A stretch of 64,000 bases of DNA from Bacteroidales bacterium (lineage in GTDB: Bacteria; Bacteroidota; Bacteroidia; Bacteroidales; WCHB1-69): the NCBI GenBank assembly GCA_045130235.1, contig JBGUPJ010000034.1:96123-160122 (forward strand), read 5' to 3'. The translations under genes were made by a program, and so were the position numbers. Under the pieces are notes generated by a model. The model saw only the letters and a program-made list of their open reading frames with translations. It ran no database searches and had not been told where the DNA came from. Position 1 is the stretch's first letter; each line of letters begins with the position of its first letter. Below are positions 41,143 to 49,499 of the stretch, piece after piece.

Positions 41143-41856
41143 ATGACAACCACCACACAACCACAAAACAACGAGGAATCTCTTCGACAGGCGGTAGAAA
41201 TCTTGAACGAAGTAGTGGCCTCCACCGCCCACATTGAGGATGATGCGAGGCGCATTAAGCACATCCTGTTGCACCGGCACCAATGCAGCCTGGATGCGCT
41301 CACCAACAAATGTGAAATGGACAGCCATTGGATGAGGATGGAGAAAATGCTGCACATTGAGGCTTTTTGGACCTTCATCAACCCGAAGCCAGACGACCCG
41401 CGGTATGCACAGCACCGGATGAACTATGTGATCGAGATGCTGCTGCGGTGCGAAAAGAATGCGACGGGGTCTTTCGTGGACGTGGATGCACGGCTGCAAC
41501 AGAACCCGCACTACCTGTTTGAGCGCTGCCTGCCCATCATGCTGGACATGGAGGCCGAAAAAGTGCCATTTCTGCGATGCGACCTCTCCCTTGACGAGCT
41601 GATGGAGGAGGAATTGCTGATGCCCGTCTGCCTGCACGAAATCAGTCCGGGGATGTTTGCGCTTTGGATGGCGGTGAAAATGATGTTCGAGCGGATGTGG
41701 TCGTGGTACACCCATATGGAATTGGATTACAAGGAGGAGTGCTTCGAGGCGGATGCCAACGGCGTGCGCGACCTCCTCTCACAATTCATCGAAGCCAAAG
41801 AGGAAGACCTCGTCCCGACCGGCAAAACGTTGGGGGACTATTTGGGGGAGGATTAA
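41143..41856 (+). CDS. Hypothetical protein
   Basis: 237 aa ORF directly after WYL box 7. Confidence 0.72.
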   Translation: MTTTTQPQNNEESLRQAVEILNEVVASTAHIEDDARRIKHILLHRHQCSLDALTNKCEMDSHWMRMEKMLHIEAFWTFINPKPDDPRYAQHRMNYVIEMLLRCEKNATGSFVDVDARLQQNPHYLFERCLPIMLDMEAEKVPFLRCDLSLDELMEEELLMPVCLHEISPGMFALWMAVKMMFERMWSWYTHMELDYKEECFEADANGVRDLLSQFIEAKEEDLVPTGKTLGDYLGED

Positions 41857-41969
41857 GTGTGAGTGAGATATTTTTGTAATTTTGCAGAGTAAACTCATTA
41901 CGATTTGCTTCTCCATAAAGAGGTTTTTGCTAAGCATTTTCCAAAATAATTCAATAAATACACAATACT

Positions 41970-42782
41970 ATGTTAGGCGCAATTATTGGCGACACCGCCG
42001 GTTCGGTGTATGAATTTGACAACATTAAAACAACGGATTTCCCGTTTTTTAATAATCGCAGTGAATTTACGGATGACAGTTTGATGTCGTTTGCCGTGGC
42101 CGACTGGCTGTTGCACGACAGCGACCACACGCACCCTGCGTTGGAGGAGGCGATGGTGCGTATCGCCCATGAGTTCCCCAATCCGATAGGTGGTTATGGG
42201 GGTAGTTTTTACCGATGGCTGTTCAGCGGACGGGAACGCAAGCCCTACAACTCATGGGGCAACGGCTCGGCTATGCGTGTGAGTGCCGTGGGATGGGCTT
42301 TTGACACATTGGAGGAGACCCTCCGTGTGGCCGAGATTTCGGCTTCCATCACCCACAACCATCCAGAGGGCATCAAGGGGGCGCAAGCCACTGCTGCCGC
42401 CATCTTTCTTGCCCGAAACGGCAAGGCAAAGAACGAGATCAAGTCCTATATTGAAGAGACATTCGGCTATGACCTGCACCGCACTTGCGATGAGATTCGA
42501 CCATACTATCAATTTGATGAGAGCTGTCAGGGCACGGTGCCGGAAGCCATCATTGCTTTCCTCGACAGCAGCGATTTCGAGAATGCCATCCGGCTGGCCG
42601 TTTCGCTTGGCGGCGACAGCGACACCATCGCCTGCATCACCGGCGGCATCGCCGAAGCTTACTACAAGGAGATTTCTGAAGAAATCGTCCGGCAGATGTG
42701 GCAGCGGCTTCCCGAGTGTTTCCGCGAAATATTGCGGGAGATGAGGGAAAGGTTCGGGTACCCATTACCGATAAGGGAGTAA
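41970..42782 (+). CDS. ADP-ribosylglycohydrolase family protein
   Basis: GAIIGD..GS.YEF, FTDD, GNGSAMRVS, THNHP, GGDSDTIA.I.G. Confidence 0.93.
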   Translation: MLGAIIGDTAGSVYEFDNIKTTDFPFFNNRSEFTDDSLMSFAVADWLLHDSDHTHPALEEAMVRIAHEFPNPIGGYGGSFYRWLFSGRERKPYNSWGNGSAMRVSAVGWAFDTLEETLRVAEISASITHNHPEGIKGAQATAAAIFLARNGKAKNEIKSYIEETFGYDLHRTCDEIRPYYQFDESCQGTVPEAIIAFLDSSDFENAIRLAVSLGGDSDTIACITGGIAEAYYKEISEEIVRQMWQRLPECFREILREMRERFGYPLPIRE

Positions 42783-42863
42783 AGGATATTTTTGTAATTT
42801 TGCGGCTGATATTATTAAACCAAATGTTGCATTTGTAACTTGAATTCAGTAAATCAATGTAAA

Positions 42864-43487
42864 ATGGTAAAGCAAGAATTATTCATTGGAAACCATTATT
42901 ATAATGGTATATATGGCAAAAAAGTAATGGTCGTCGGCCACCAAAAACATGCTACAGATAAGGAAAGAGCTCTGTATAAGGACAATCCTATGGCATATAA
43001 TGTATCAACCGATAATACAGACATGTTAAAAGAGCTCATTAGTGGTGAGTGTATGGAATGGGAACATAGAGACCGTAAAGCTTGGTTGCAGTTTGGAAAA
43101 ATGCTCTCAGGGAATCTCAACTTTAATTTAGGAACAGAACAAAGTTCTAAACTGTTTGATTCTATAGCATTCTGTAATTATCTTCAAATTCCAGATATTG
43201 CATTAGACAATAGGCAAGGTAAAGATGAGGAATGCTTATATGTATATTCAGAGAATATTTTTAAAGAATACTTAGAGGAAGCAAAACCAGACAAAATCAT
43301 AGTTTGGGGTGAACCATACAAATATATCAAAAAGATAGGCACAGAACTTGATGATAGAAATTGTAGAATTGCATCGCCTTTGCATGGGAAAATTGATGTC
43401 TTAAAGATCAATCATCCATGCAGAGTTGAAAGAGGTGGTTATGATGAAATGATTAAAAGAATAAAAGCTTTTATTCAGAAGAATTAG
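42864..43487 (+). CDS. Uracil-DNA glycosylase-like superfamily protein 2
   Basis: FIG..Y, KVMVVGH, IAFCNYLQ, KPD.IIVWG, INHP motif order; AT-rich. Confidence 0.58.
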   Translation: MVKQELFIGNHYYNGIYGKKVMVVGHQKHATDKERALYKDNPMAYNVSTDNTDMLKELISGECMEWEHRDRKAWLQFGKMLSGNLNFNLGTEQSSKLFDSIAFCNYLQIPDIALDNRQGKDEECLYVYSENIFKEYLEEAKPDKIIVWGEPYKYIKKIGTELDDRNCRIASPLHGKIDVLKINHPCRVERGGYDEMIKRIKAFIQKN

Positions 43488-43607
43488 GTTTTATTACTAT
43501 GCCCACCACCCTCATCATCTTCCATCACTAACACACCACCGTGCTAAAAAATCCGCGTTTCCCGAGGGGTGAAACCCTTATGTCCTTTCGTCCTCCCACA
43601 ACCCATC

Positions 43608-43841
43608 ATGCCCTATCCCATCATCGAAATCACCCAAGCTTCCGAGCTGTTCCCGCCCTTGCTGCGGGCCATTGGCGAGGATTGTCCCGAAAGGCTGTGG
43701 CTGAGAGGCAACCTCGAGCTTTTGAAAGCTGAAAAGAGCGTGGCCATCATCGGGGTACGGGCCGCACAGTTCCCCTACCGCAACGAAGCCACCGCCGGCA
43801 ACGACAACCTCCTGCACGAGGGCATCGCTGGATTGATTTAA
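43608..43841 (+). pseudogene. dprA: dprA duplicate with in-frame 396-bp internal deletion
   Basis: Closely matches both ends of 35012-35641, joined at a GGCCGC microhomology. Confidence 0.9.
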
Positions 43842-44070
43842 TAATACTGCGTTTTTTCGCGGAATATAATCGGACGCATGCGATGCGTCCCTACATTGTC
43901 TCTCTCCCTTTCCCCAAAAAAATCCGCGTTTCCCGCGGGGTGAAAACCTTGTGGCTTTTTTGTCCGAACACCATTCCGCCAGCACTACCTTTCAGTTTTC
44001 CGTTTTCAGCTTTAAGACGGTGCATGCACCGTCTCTACCTTTCCATTTTCAATTTCCATTTTCCATTTAC

Positions 44071-44106
44071 CATGCCGCACTTTGTCATACCTGCGCCGTA
44101 CTTTTG
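44071..44106 (+). promoter_or_regulatory. WYL box 8 plus -7 element
   Basis: CATGCCG-cactt-TGTCATA-cctgcgccg-TACTTTTG. Confidence 0.72.
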
Positions 44107-44163
44107 CCACCGAAAAAACTTGTACCTTTGCCGCCCGAAAATGCCGGCACCAAAAAGACTCGT

Positions 44164-44658
44164 ATGAAAAACTTCGCAGCCATTGATTTCGAGACCGCCA
44201 ACGGACAGCGCAGCAGCGTGTGCAGCGTGGGCGTGGTGGTGGTGCGCGACGGCGTCATCACCGACACCTTCTACAGCCTCATCCATCCCGTGCCTAATTA
44301 CTACGCGTGGTTCTGCCAGCAGGTGCACGGACTGGGCCCGGAAGACACCGACAACGCCCCGTCCTTTCCGGAAGTGTGGAAACAGATCTCCCCGCGCATC
44401 GCCGGACTGACCCTTGTGGCGCACAACAGCCCCTTCGACGAGGGTTGCCTCAAAGCCGTGTTCCAAACCTACCAAATGGAGTATCCCGGCTACCGGTTCC
44501 GCTGCACCTGCCGGGCCTCACGCCGGCATTTCGGCAAACAACTACCCAACCACCAGCTGCATACCGTGGCCAAAGCCTGCGGCTTCAATCTGGAAAACCA
44601 CCACCACGCCCTCGCCGATGCCGAGGCCTGCGCAAGGATCGCCATGACGATTCTGTAG
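44164..44658 (+). CDS. DEDDh 3'-5' exonuclease (DnaQ-like)
   Basis: AIDFETAN, VAHN..FD, HH.ALADAEAC. Confidence 0.92.
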   Translation: MKNFAAIDFETANGQRSSVCSVGVVVVRDGVITDTFYSLIHPVPNYYAWFCQQVHGLGPEDTDNAPSFPEVWKQISPRIAGLTLVAHNSPFDEGCLKAVFQTYQMEYPGYRFRCTCRASRRHFGKQLPNHQLHTVAKACGFNLENHHHALADAEACARIAMTIL

Positions 44659-44682
44659 AGACGTTGCGCGCAACGTCTCTAC
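44655..44682. repeat. REP-like palindrome GTAGAGACGTTGCGCGCAACGTCTCTAC
   Basis: Perfect inverted repeat with GTAG ends; left half repeated at 45757-45778. Confidence 0.85.
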
Positions 44683-44768
44683 GATAATATTAAAAAAATC
44701 GAATAATCATATAATTATGTAAATATTATTGTTAATTTTACCAAAAATTATTTTATAAATCAATAATT

Positions 44769-45755
44769 ATGGAAAATATTAACAATCAAATTGTTATTTA
44801 TCAAACTGAGGATGGCAATACTGCCATTGATGTCCGATTGGAAAACGAAACGGTATGGCTTTCGCAAGCACAGATGTCACAATTGTTTCAAAAAGACCGC
44901 TCCGTTATTGCTCGTCACATTGCTAATGTGTATAAAGAAGGTGAATTGGATGCTGATACCACATGTGCAAAATTTGCACACATGGGGTCAGATGGAGATC
45001 AAACTTATTATACCACATTGTATTCCCTTGATGTCATTATTTCTGTCGGTTACCGGGTGAAAAGCCGCAATGGAACCCTGTTCCGCATTTGGTCCAACCG
45101 CGTGCTGAAGGAGTATCTTGTCAAGGGATTTGCCGTCAGAAACAAGCTGACGGAGCAGAAGTACAAAGAACTGAACCAGATGGTGAAGCTGCTCGGGCGT
45201 ACCATCGATTCTCACCGTCCGCTCACGAGTGACGACTACGACTCACTTTTTCAGGTAGTGTCGGATTACGCCTACGCTTTGCAGGTGCTTGACCGTTATG
45301 ATTACCAGCAGCTTACGATGGAAGCTACGACTTCGGAGTCACAATTCCAAGCCACTTACGAAAATGCGATGGAGACCATCATGAAGTTGAAAGAACGCTT
45401 TAGCGAGAGCACTCTTTTCGGCAACGAGAAAGATGGCTCCTTTAAGAGTTCTATCGGTCAGATATACCAGACTTTTGACGGTCAGGAGTTGTATCCCTCC
45501 GTGGAGGAAAAGGCCGCCATGTTGCTTTATCTTGTAGTGAAGAATCACTCTTTCTCCGACGGCAACAAGCGTATTGCGGCCACCCTCTTTATATGGTTCT
45601 TGTTCCGCAATGGCATCCTTTACGCTCCTGACGGCCGCAAGCGCATTGCCGACAACACTCTCGCCGCCCTCACCCTGATGATTGCCGAAAGCCGTCCCGA
45701 AGAGAAGGACGTGATGGTAAAGGTGGTGGTGAACCTGATCAACCAAAAAAATTGA
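44769..45755 (+). CDS. RhuM-Fic/DOC fusion protein
   Basis: ETVWLSQ.QM..LF, Y.LDVIISVGYRVKS (RhuM); KNHSFSDGNKR (Fic motif). Confidence 0.92.
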   Translation: MENINNQIVIYQTEDGNTAIDVRLENETVWLSQAQMSQLFQKDRSVIARHIANVYKEGELDADTTCAKFAHMGSDGDQTYYTTLYSLDVIISVGYRVKSRNGTLFRIWSNRVLKEYLVKGFAVRNKLTEQKYKELNQMVKLLGRTIDSHRPLTSDDYDSLFQVVSDYAYALQVLDRYDYQQLTMEATTSESQFQATYENAMETIMKLKERFSESTLFGNEKDGSFKSSIGQIYQTFDGQELYPSVEEKAAMLLYLVVKNHSFSDGNKRIAATLFIWFLFRNGILYAPDGRKRIADNTLAALTLMIAESRPEEKDVMVKVVVNLINQKN

Positions 45756-45779
45756 TGATTCTGTAGAGACGTTGCGCGT

Positions 45780-45957
45780 GCCACCGGGCGCGCGGTATTC
45801 CACGTGGATATCAGCGAGGCCAAGAGCTGCTGGTACGGCGAAAGCCAGAAGCTGGTGAAAGGCATTTTCACCGATTATAAAAAGCTGTGCGAGGAGGAGA
45901 AACGGAAGCCCATCCTGCTGTTCAACGAGGCCGACGCTTTGCTGAGCAGTCGCCATA
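45780..45957 (+). pseudogene. Internal fragment of an AAA+ ATPase
   Basis: VDIS..KSCWYGES.K and ILLFNEADA Walker B-like; no Walker A or start. Confidence 0.78.
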
Positions 45958-45974
45958 ACATCCCCATCACCTCT

Positions 45975-46036
45975 CGTCCCGAAGGGACGAAATCTCAGTA
46001 ACCCCAGACAAGGCCGTTAAGGCCGCAGTCTGGGGG
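45975..46036. repeat. Palindromic REP-like element
   Basis: tcgtccc-gaa-gggacga and ccccagac...gtctgggg hairpins. Confidence 0.55.
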
Positions 46037-46136
46037 ATGGAATGGGCGGCGCATCAACCGCGGCACGATGGCAGGCGGTTAGAACCTGACAGCAAGTTTG
46101 CCGCGGAAGAACGGGCAGTCTCTTTCCTCCCCCCAA

Positions 46137-46475
46137 TTAGGACTCTCTATTTTCTCGCACCAACTCCATGATTCTCTCTGCTAGCTTTTTTCGTTTCGGA
46201 TTGCTCATACATAAGCCGATGTAAGAAAGACGGCCTTTGGAACAGACCAATCGCAGCGTCTCTGGTTTTCTAAGCCACATCCACGATACGCGACCTTCAA
46301 ACAACTCTACTTTCTGTATGGTTGACAAGGGAATTTCCTTGTGCTTGTAGAAAATACACCCTTTTCTTTCGATAACAAGATTCCCGTGTTGTACCGAAAT
46401 GACTTCACTGCCACGAACCCATTTCATCCGAGCGTCTATCATGGCCAAAGTTACCATGCACCCCCCGACCAACAC
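46137..46475 (-). CDS. Hypothetical protein, possibly 5'-truncated
   Basis: 112 aa ORF with non-ATG start. Confidence 0.4.
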   Translation of the reverse strand: MLVGGCMVTLAMIDARMKWVRGSEVISVQHGNLVIERKGCIFYKHKEIPLSTIQKVELFEGRVSWMWLRKPETLRLVCSKGRLSYIGLCMSNPKRKKLAERIMELVRENRES

Positions 46476-46508
46476 AACGTATCATTATTAAATATTCAGA
46501 AAGAAACC

Positions 46509-47111
46509 TTATCGGTAGAACTCCCACGTGTCGGTGTGGCCGTCGCGGTAGAGGAAACTCCACTGCAGTTTGTGTGCGGTCAGCGTGTCGAGGTGGAATT
46601 TGTACTCGTAGTCGATGCTGCCGCCCACAGTCTTGACAATCTCTTTTGCCAGTTCGGCAGCACGGTCATCGTCGCACCCATTGAGGATGGTTTCCGTTAC
46701 CTCCATGCGGAAATCCTCCTTGATGCCGGAGAAGAAGAAGTCAGAACCGTCCAAACGCCATCGGCTGGGACTGACGTAGTTGAACACCAACGTCACCGTG
46801 CCGCCCTCCTTGAGGGTGACCTCATACACCTGCCGCGCCGAGTCGAGGGCGCTGCCATCCGCATGGAAGTCCATTGTGCCGGTCTCGTGCACGTCGAGGT
46901 GGTTTCCCTGCAGGTCATAATTGAAAGCGTGCGCATAAATGTAGTGCCCCGGCACAGTCGGCGCAGTGTCGGGATTGATCACCGTGGTGGAAAGGTCATA
47001 ACGCTCCAGGAATGCTTGCGGGGCCTTCTGCGCGTAACTGACCATAAACCAAAGCAAAATAGCGACAGTCATCGCCATTTTTTGCATCGTTCTATAAAGC
47101 AAGGGTTGCAT
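46509..47111 (-). CDS. Hypothetical exported protein
   Basis: Signal-peptide-like N-terminus, host-like codon use. Confidence 0.65.
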   Translation of the reverse strand: MQPLLYRTMQKMAMTVAILLWFMVSYAQKAPQAFLERYDLSTTVINPDTAPTVPGHYIYAHAFNYDLQGNHLDVHETGTMDFHADGSALDSARQVYEVTLKEGGTVTLVFNYVSPSRWRLDGSDFFFSGIKEDFRMEVTETILNGCDDDRAAELAKEIVKTVGGSIDYEYKFHLDTLTAHKLQWSFLYRDGHTDTWEFYR

Positions 47112-47186
47112 AGTATTTTTTTGATGTAATTTTTACAAAACGGGTAAATGGTAATATGTTGATAATTAATATATTATAAATACCAA

Positions 47187-48149
47187 TTATTCCCAATACT
47201 CAATTTCGTATATTAAACGCGTGGAGAATCCATTTTTTTTGCCCAGCCCCCAGCGTTCACTTGTACTCTCTATAAAATTGCCAAAGTGATCGTATAAAGA
47301 GTTGAAAGTCATTATGATATTCCCATCGCTGTCACATTCCATCCCCTTCTGCATCTTGTTCTGTGCATCATACTCATAGTAACTTGTACGGGACAATTCC
47401 CCATCGTAAAACAACTGTTTCTTTGTTATTTTGCCACCTTCGTTGTATTCGTACAATTCTCTCTCGGTTTCCTCTTCACCGGTGAATTCACCGGTGAAAT
47501 AGTCAAAGACGAAATCCCTGCGCAAATATTCTATTACACGTCCATTGGCATCATACTGGCATTGCACAATGTATGAGGTATCTTCATCCAAAATCTCGGC
47601 CTCGCCGATGCAATGCCCAACAGAATCGTACAGAAAAGGATGCTCTAAGATCTTATAAACGTCTGGTTCATTGGGATCAATAAACCTCTCATAACGAATA
47701 CAATGCCCTTCATGATCATAGCAATATCTGTAACAAGAATCTGGCTTCTCGTTCCGTCTGGTGCGCACAGAGTGACTGAATCGTCCGAGACTATCGTAAA
47801 CTGCCCTTTCGGAAAATGTGCCATCAGAAGAGTATCGAGACTCAAAACGGTTTAGGGAATCGTAAGTATAATACTGGATGATCGTGTCTTTAGTGATACT
47901 ACTGGCCCATCTGGCTTCAATCAATTGACCGATACGGTTAAACTTTAAGGTGGAGCCAAATTCATGGTAGACGCTGTCGCCCTTTAGGGAGAAATCTGTA
48001 TATTTGACTGACTTTACAGGACCATACAATCCCTGCTCGGACGCCGATTTGGGAATATTTCCCTGTTCATATACATTTATTTTCTGCTGCGCTGACAGTT
48101 GTCCTACCATGCACAGCCATAGAGTCGCCAGAAAGAACACTCGCTTCAT
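47187..48149 (-). CDS. Exported YD/RHS-like repeat protein
   Basis: Signal peptide; GL.GPVKSV start; repeated Y.YD..G units; IEYW end. Confidence 0.75.
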   Translation of the reverse strand: MKRVFFLATLWLCMVGQLSAQQKINVYEQGNIPKSASEQGLYGPVKSVKYTDFSLKGDSVYHEFGSTLKFNRIGQLIEARWASSITKDTIIQYYTYDSLNRFESRYSSDGTFSERAVYDSLGRFSHSVRTRRNEKPDSCYRYCYDHEGHCIRYERFIDPNEPDVYKILEHPFLYDSVGHCIGEAEILDEDTSYIVQCQYDANGRVIEYLRRDFVFDYFTGEFTGEEETERELYEYNEGGKITKKQLFYDGELSRTSYYEYDAQNKMQKGMECDSDGNIIMTFNSLYDHFGNFIESTSERWGLGKKNGFSTRLIYEIEYWE

Positions 48150-48291
48150 ATTAGGTGAAATTTGCCGCTGCAAATTTACAAAAATCCAGTGATGAATTTC
48201 ATCCTTTGCGGAAGCGTGCGAGATTTTCATTATCAAAGGAATTATTTAGAAAAAAATTGTATTTTTGCGCATTCATTAAAATTAAAAAGAA

Positions 48292-49491
48292 ATGGCAAAA
48301 GTTTTAATCATTGGCGCCGGAGGAGTTGGCGCAGTTGTGGCACACAAATGTGCTTCCGTTCCTGAAGTTTTTAGTGAGATTGTGATTGCCAGCCGTACAA
48401 AGGCCAAGTGCGACAAGCTGGCCGCCGCCATCGGCAAACCGAATATCCGCACCGCCCAGGTGGATGCTGACAACGTGCCGGAAACCATCGCCCTGCTTGA
48501 AAAGGAGAAACCCGACCTGCTCATCAATGTCGCCCTCCCGTATCAGGACCTCCCGCTGATGGACGCCTGTCTCGCTACCCGCACCAACTATATGGACACC
48601 GCCAACTACGAGCCCAAGGATGTCGCCAAGTTCGAATACAAGTGGCAGTGGGCCTACCAAGACCGCTTCAAAGAGGCCGGCATCATGGCGCTGCTCGGCT
48701 GCGGCTTCGACCCCGGTGTCACCAGCGTATATACCGCCTACGCCGCCAAACATCACTTCGACGAAATCCACTACCTCGACATTGTGGACTGCAACGCCGG
48801 CGACCATGGCAAGGCTTTCGCCACTAACTTCAACCCCGAAATCAACATCCGCGAAATCACCCAGCGCGGCAAATACTGGCAGGATGGCCAGTGGATTGAA
48901 ATCGCCCCGATGAGCATCCACAAGAGCGTGGAGTATCCCAATATCGGCGAACGAGAGTCGTATCTGCTCTACCACGAAGAGCTTGAATCGCTCACCAAGA
49001 ACTATCCCACCATCAAGCGCGCCCGCTTCTGGATGACCTTCGGTCAGAAATACCTCACGGTGCTCAACGTGCTGCAAGAGGTCGGCCTCACCTCCATCAA
49101 GCCTATCAACTACGAGGGCAAGGAGATTGTGCCGCTCCAGTTTCTGAAAGCCGTGCTGCCCGAACCCTCATCCCTCGGCGAAGGCTACACCGGACAGACC
49201 TCCATCGGCTGCCAGATCCGCGGCATCAAAGACGGCAAAGAACGCACCTACTACGTGTGGAACAACTGCGACCACGCCCAGTGCTTCAAGGAAGTGGGCG
49301 CACAGGCCGTTTCGTACACCACCGGCGTGCCTTGCATGCTCGGTGCCAAGATGATCCTCACCGGCCAATGGAAAGGTACCGGCGTGTTCAACATCGAACA
49401 GTTCGACCCCGATCCGTTTATGGCTGAAATCGGCAAGTACGGTCTGCCGTGGAACGAGCGCATCGACGAACCCCTTCCCATCGAAAAATAA
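48292..49491 (+). CDS. Saccharopine dehydrogenase family / carboxynorspermidine synthase
   Basis: IIGAGGVG, NVALPYQDL, DTANYEP, GFDPG, FATNFNPEINIRE, QAVSYTTGVP. Confidence 0.92.
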   Translation: MAKVLIIGAGGVGAVVAHKCASVPEVFSEIVIASRTKAKCDKLAAAIGKPNIRTAQVDADNVPETIALLEKEKPDLLINVALPYQDLPLMDACLATRTNYMDTANYEPKDVAKFEYKWQWAYQDRFKEAGIMALLGCGFDPGVTSVYTAYAAKHHFDEIHYLDIVDCNAGDHGKAFATNFNPEINIREITQRGKYWQDGQWIEIAPMSIHKSVEYPNIGERESYLLYHEELESLTKNYPTIKRARFWMTFGQKYLTVLNVLQEVGLTSIKPINYEGKEIVPLQFLKAVLPEPSSLGEGYTGQTSIGCQIRGIKDGKERTYYVWNNCDHAQCFKEVGAQAVSYTTGVPCMLGAKMILTGQWKGTGVFNIEQFDPDPFMAEIGKYGLPWNERIDEPLPIEK

Positions 49492-49499
49492 ACAACACC

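Noticed and set aside
26400-44110. Recurring ~36-bp motif as a CRISPR array
   Set aside because: Copies are degenerate, mostly hundreds of bases to kilobases apart, each contains a promoter element and precedes a gene; no cas genes
27245-45780. Classical integron with attC sites, ICE or prophage
   Set aside because: No tyrosine/serine recombinase, RYYYAAC...GTTRRRY sites, or conjugation or phage structural genes visible
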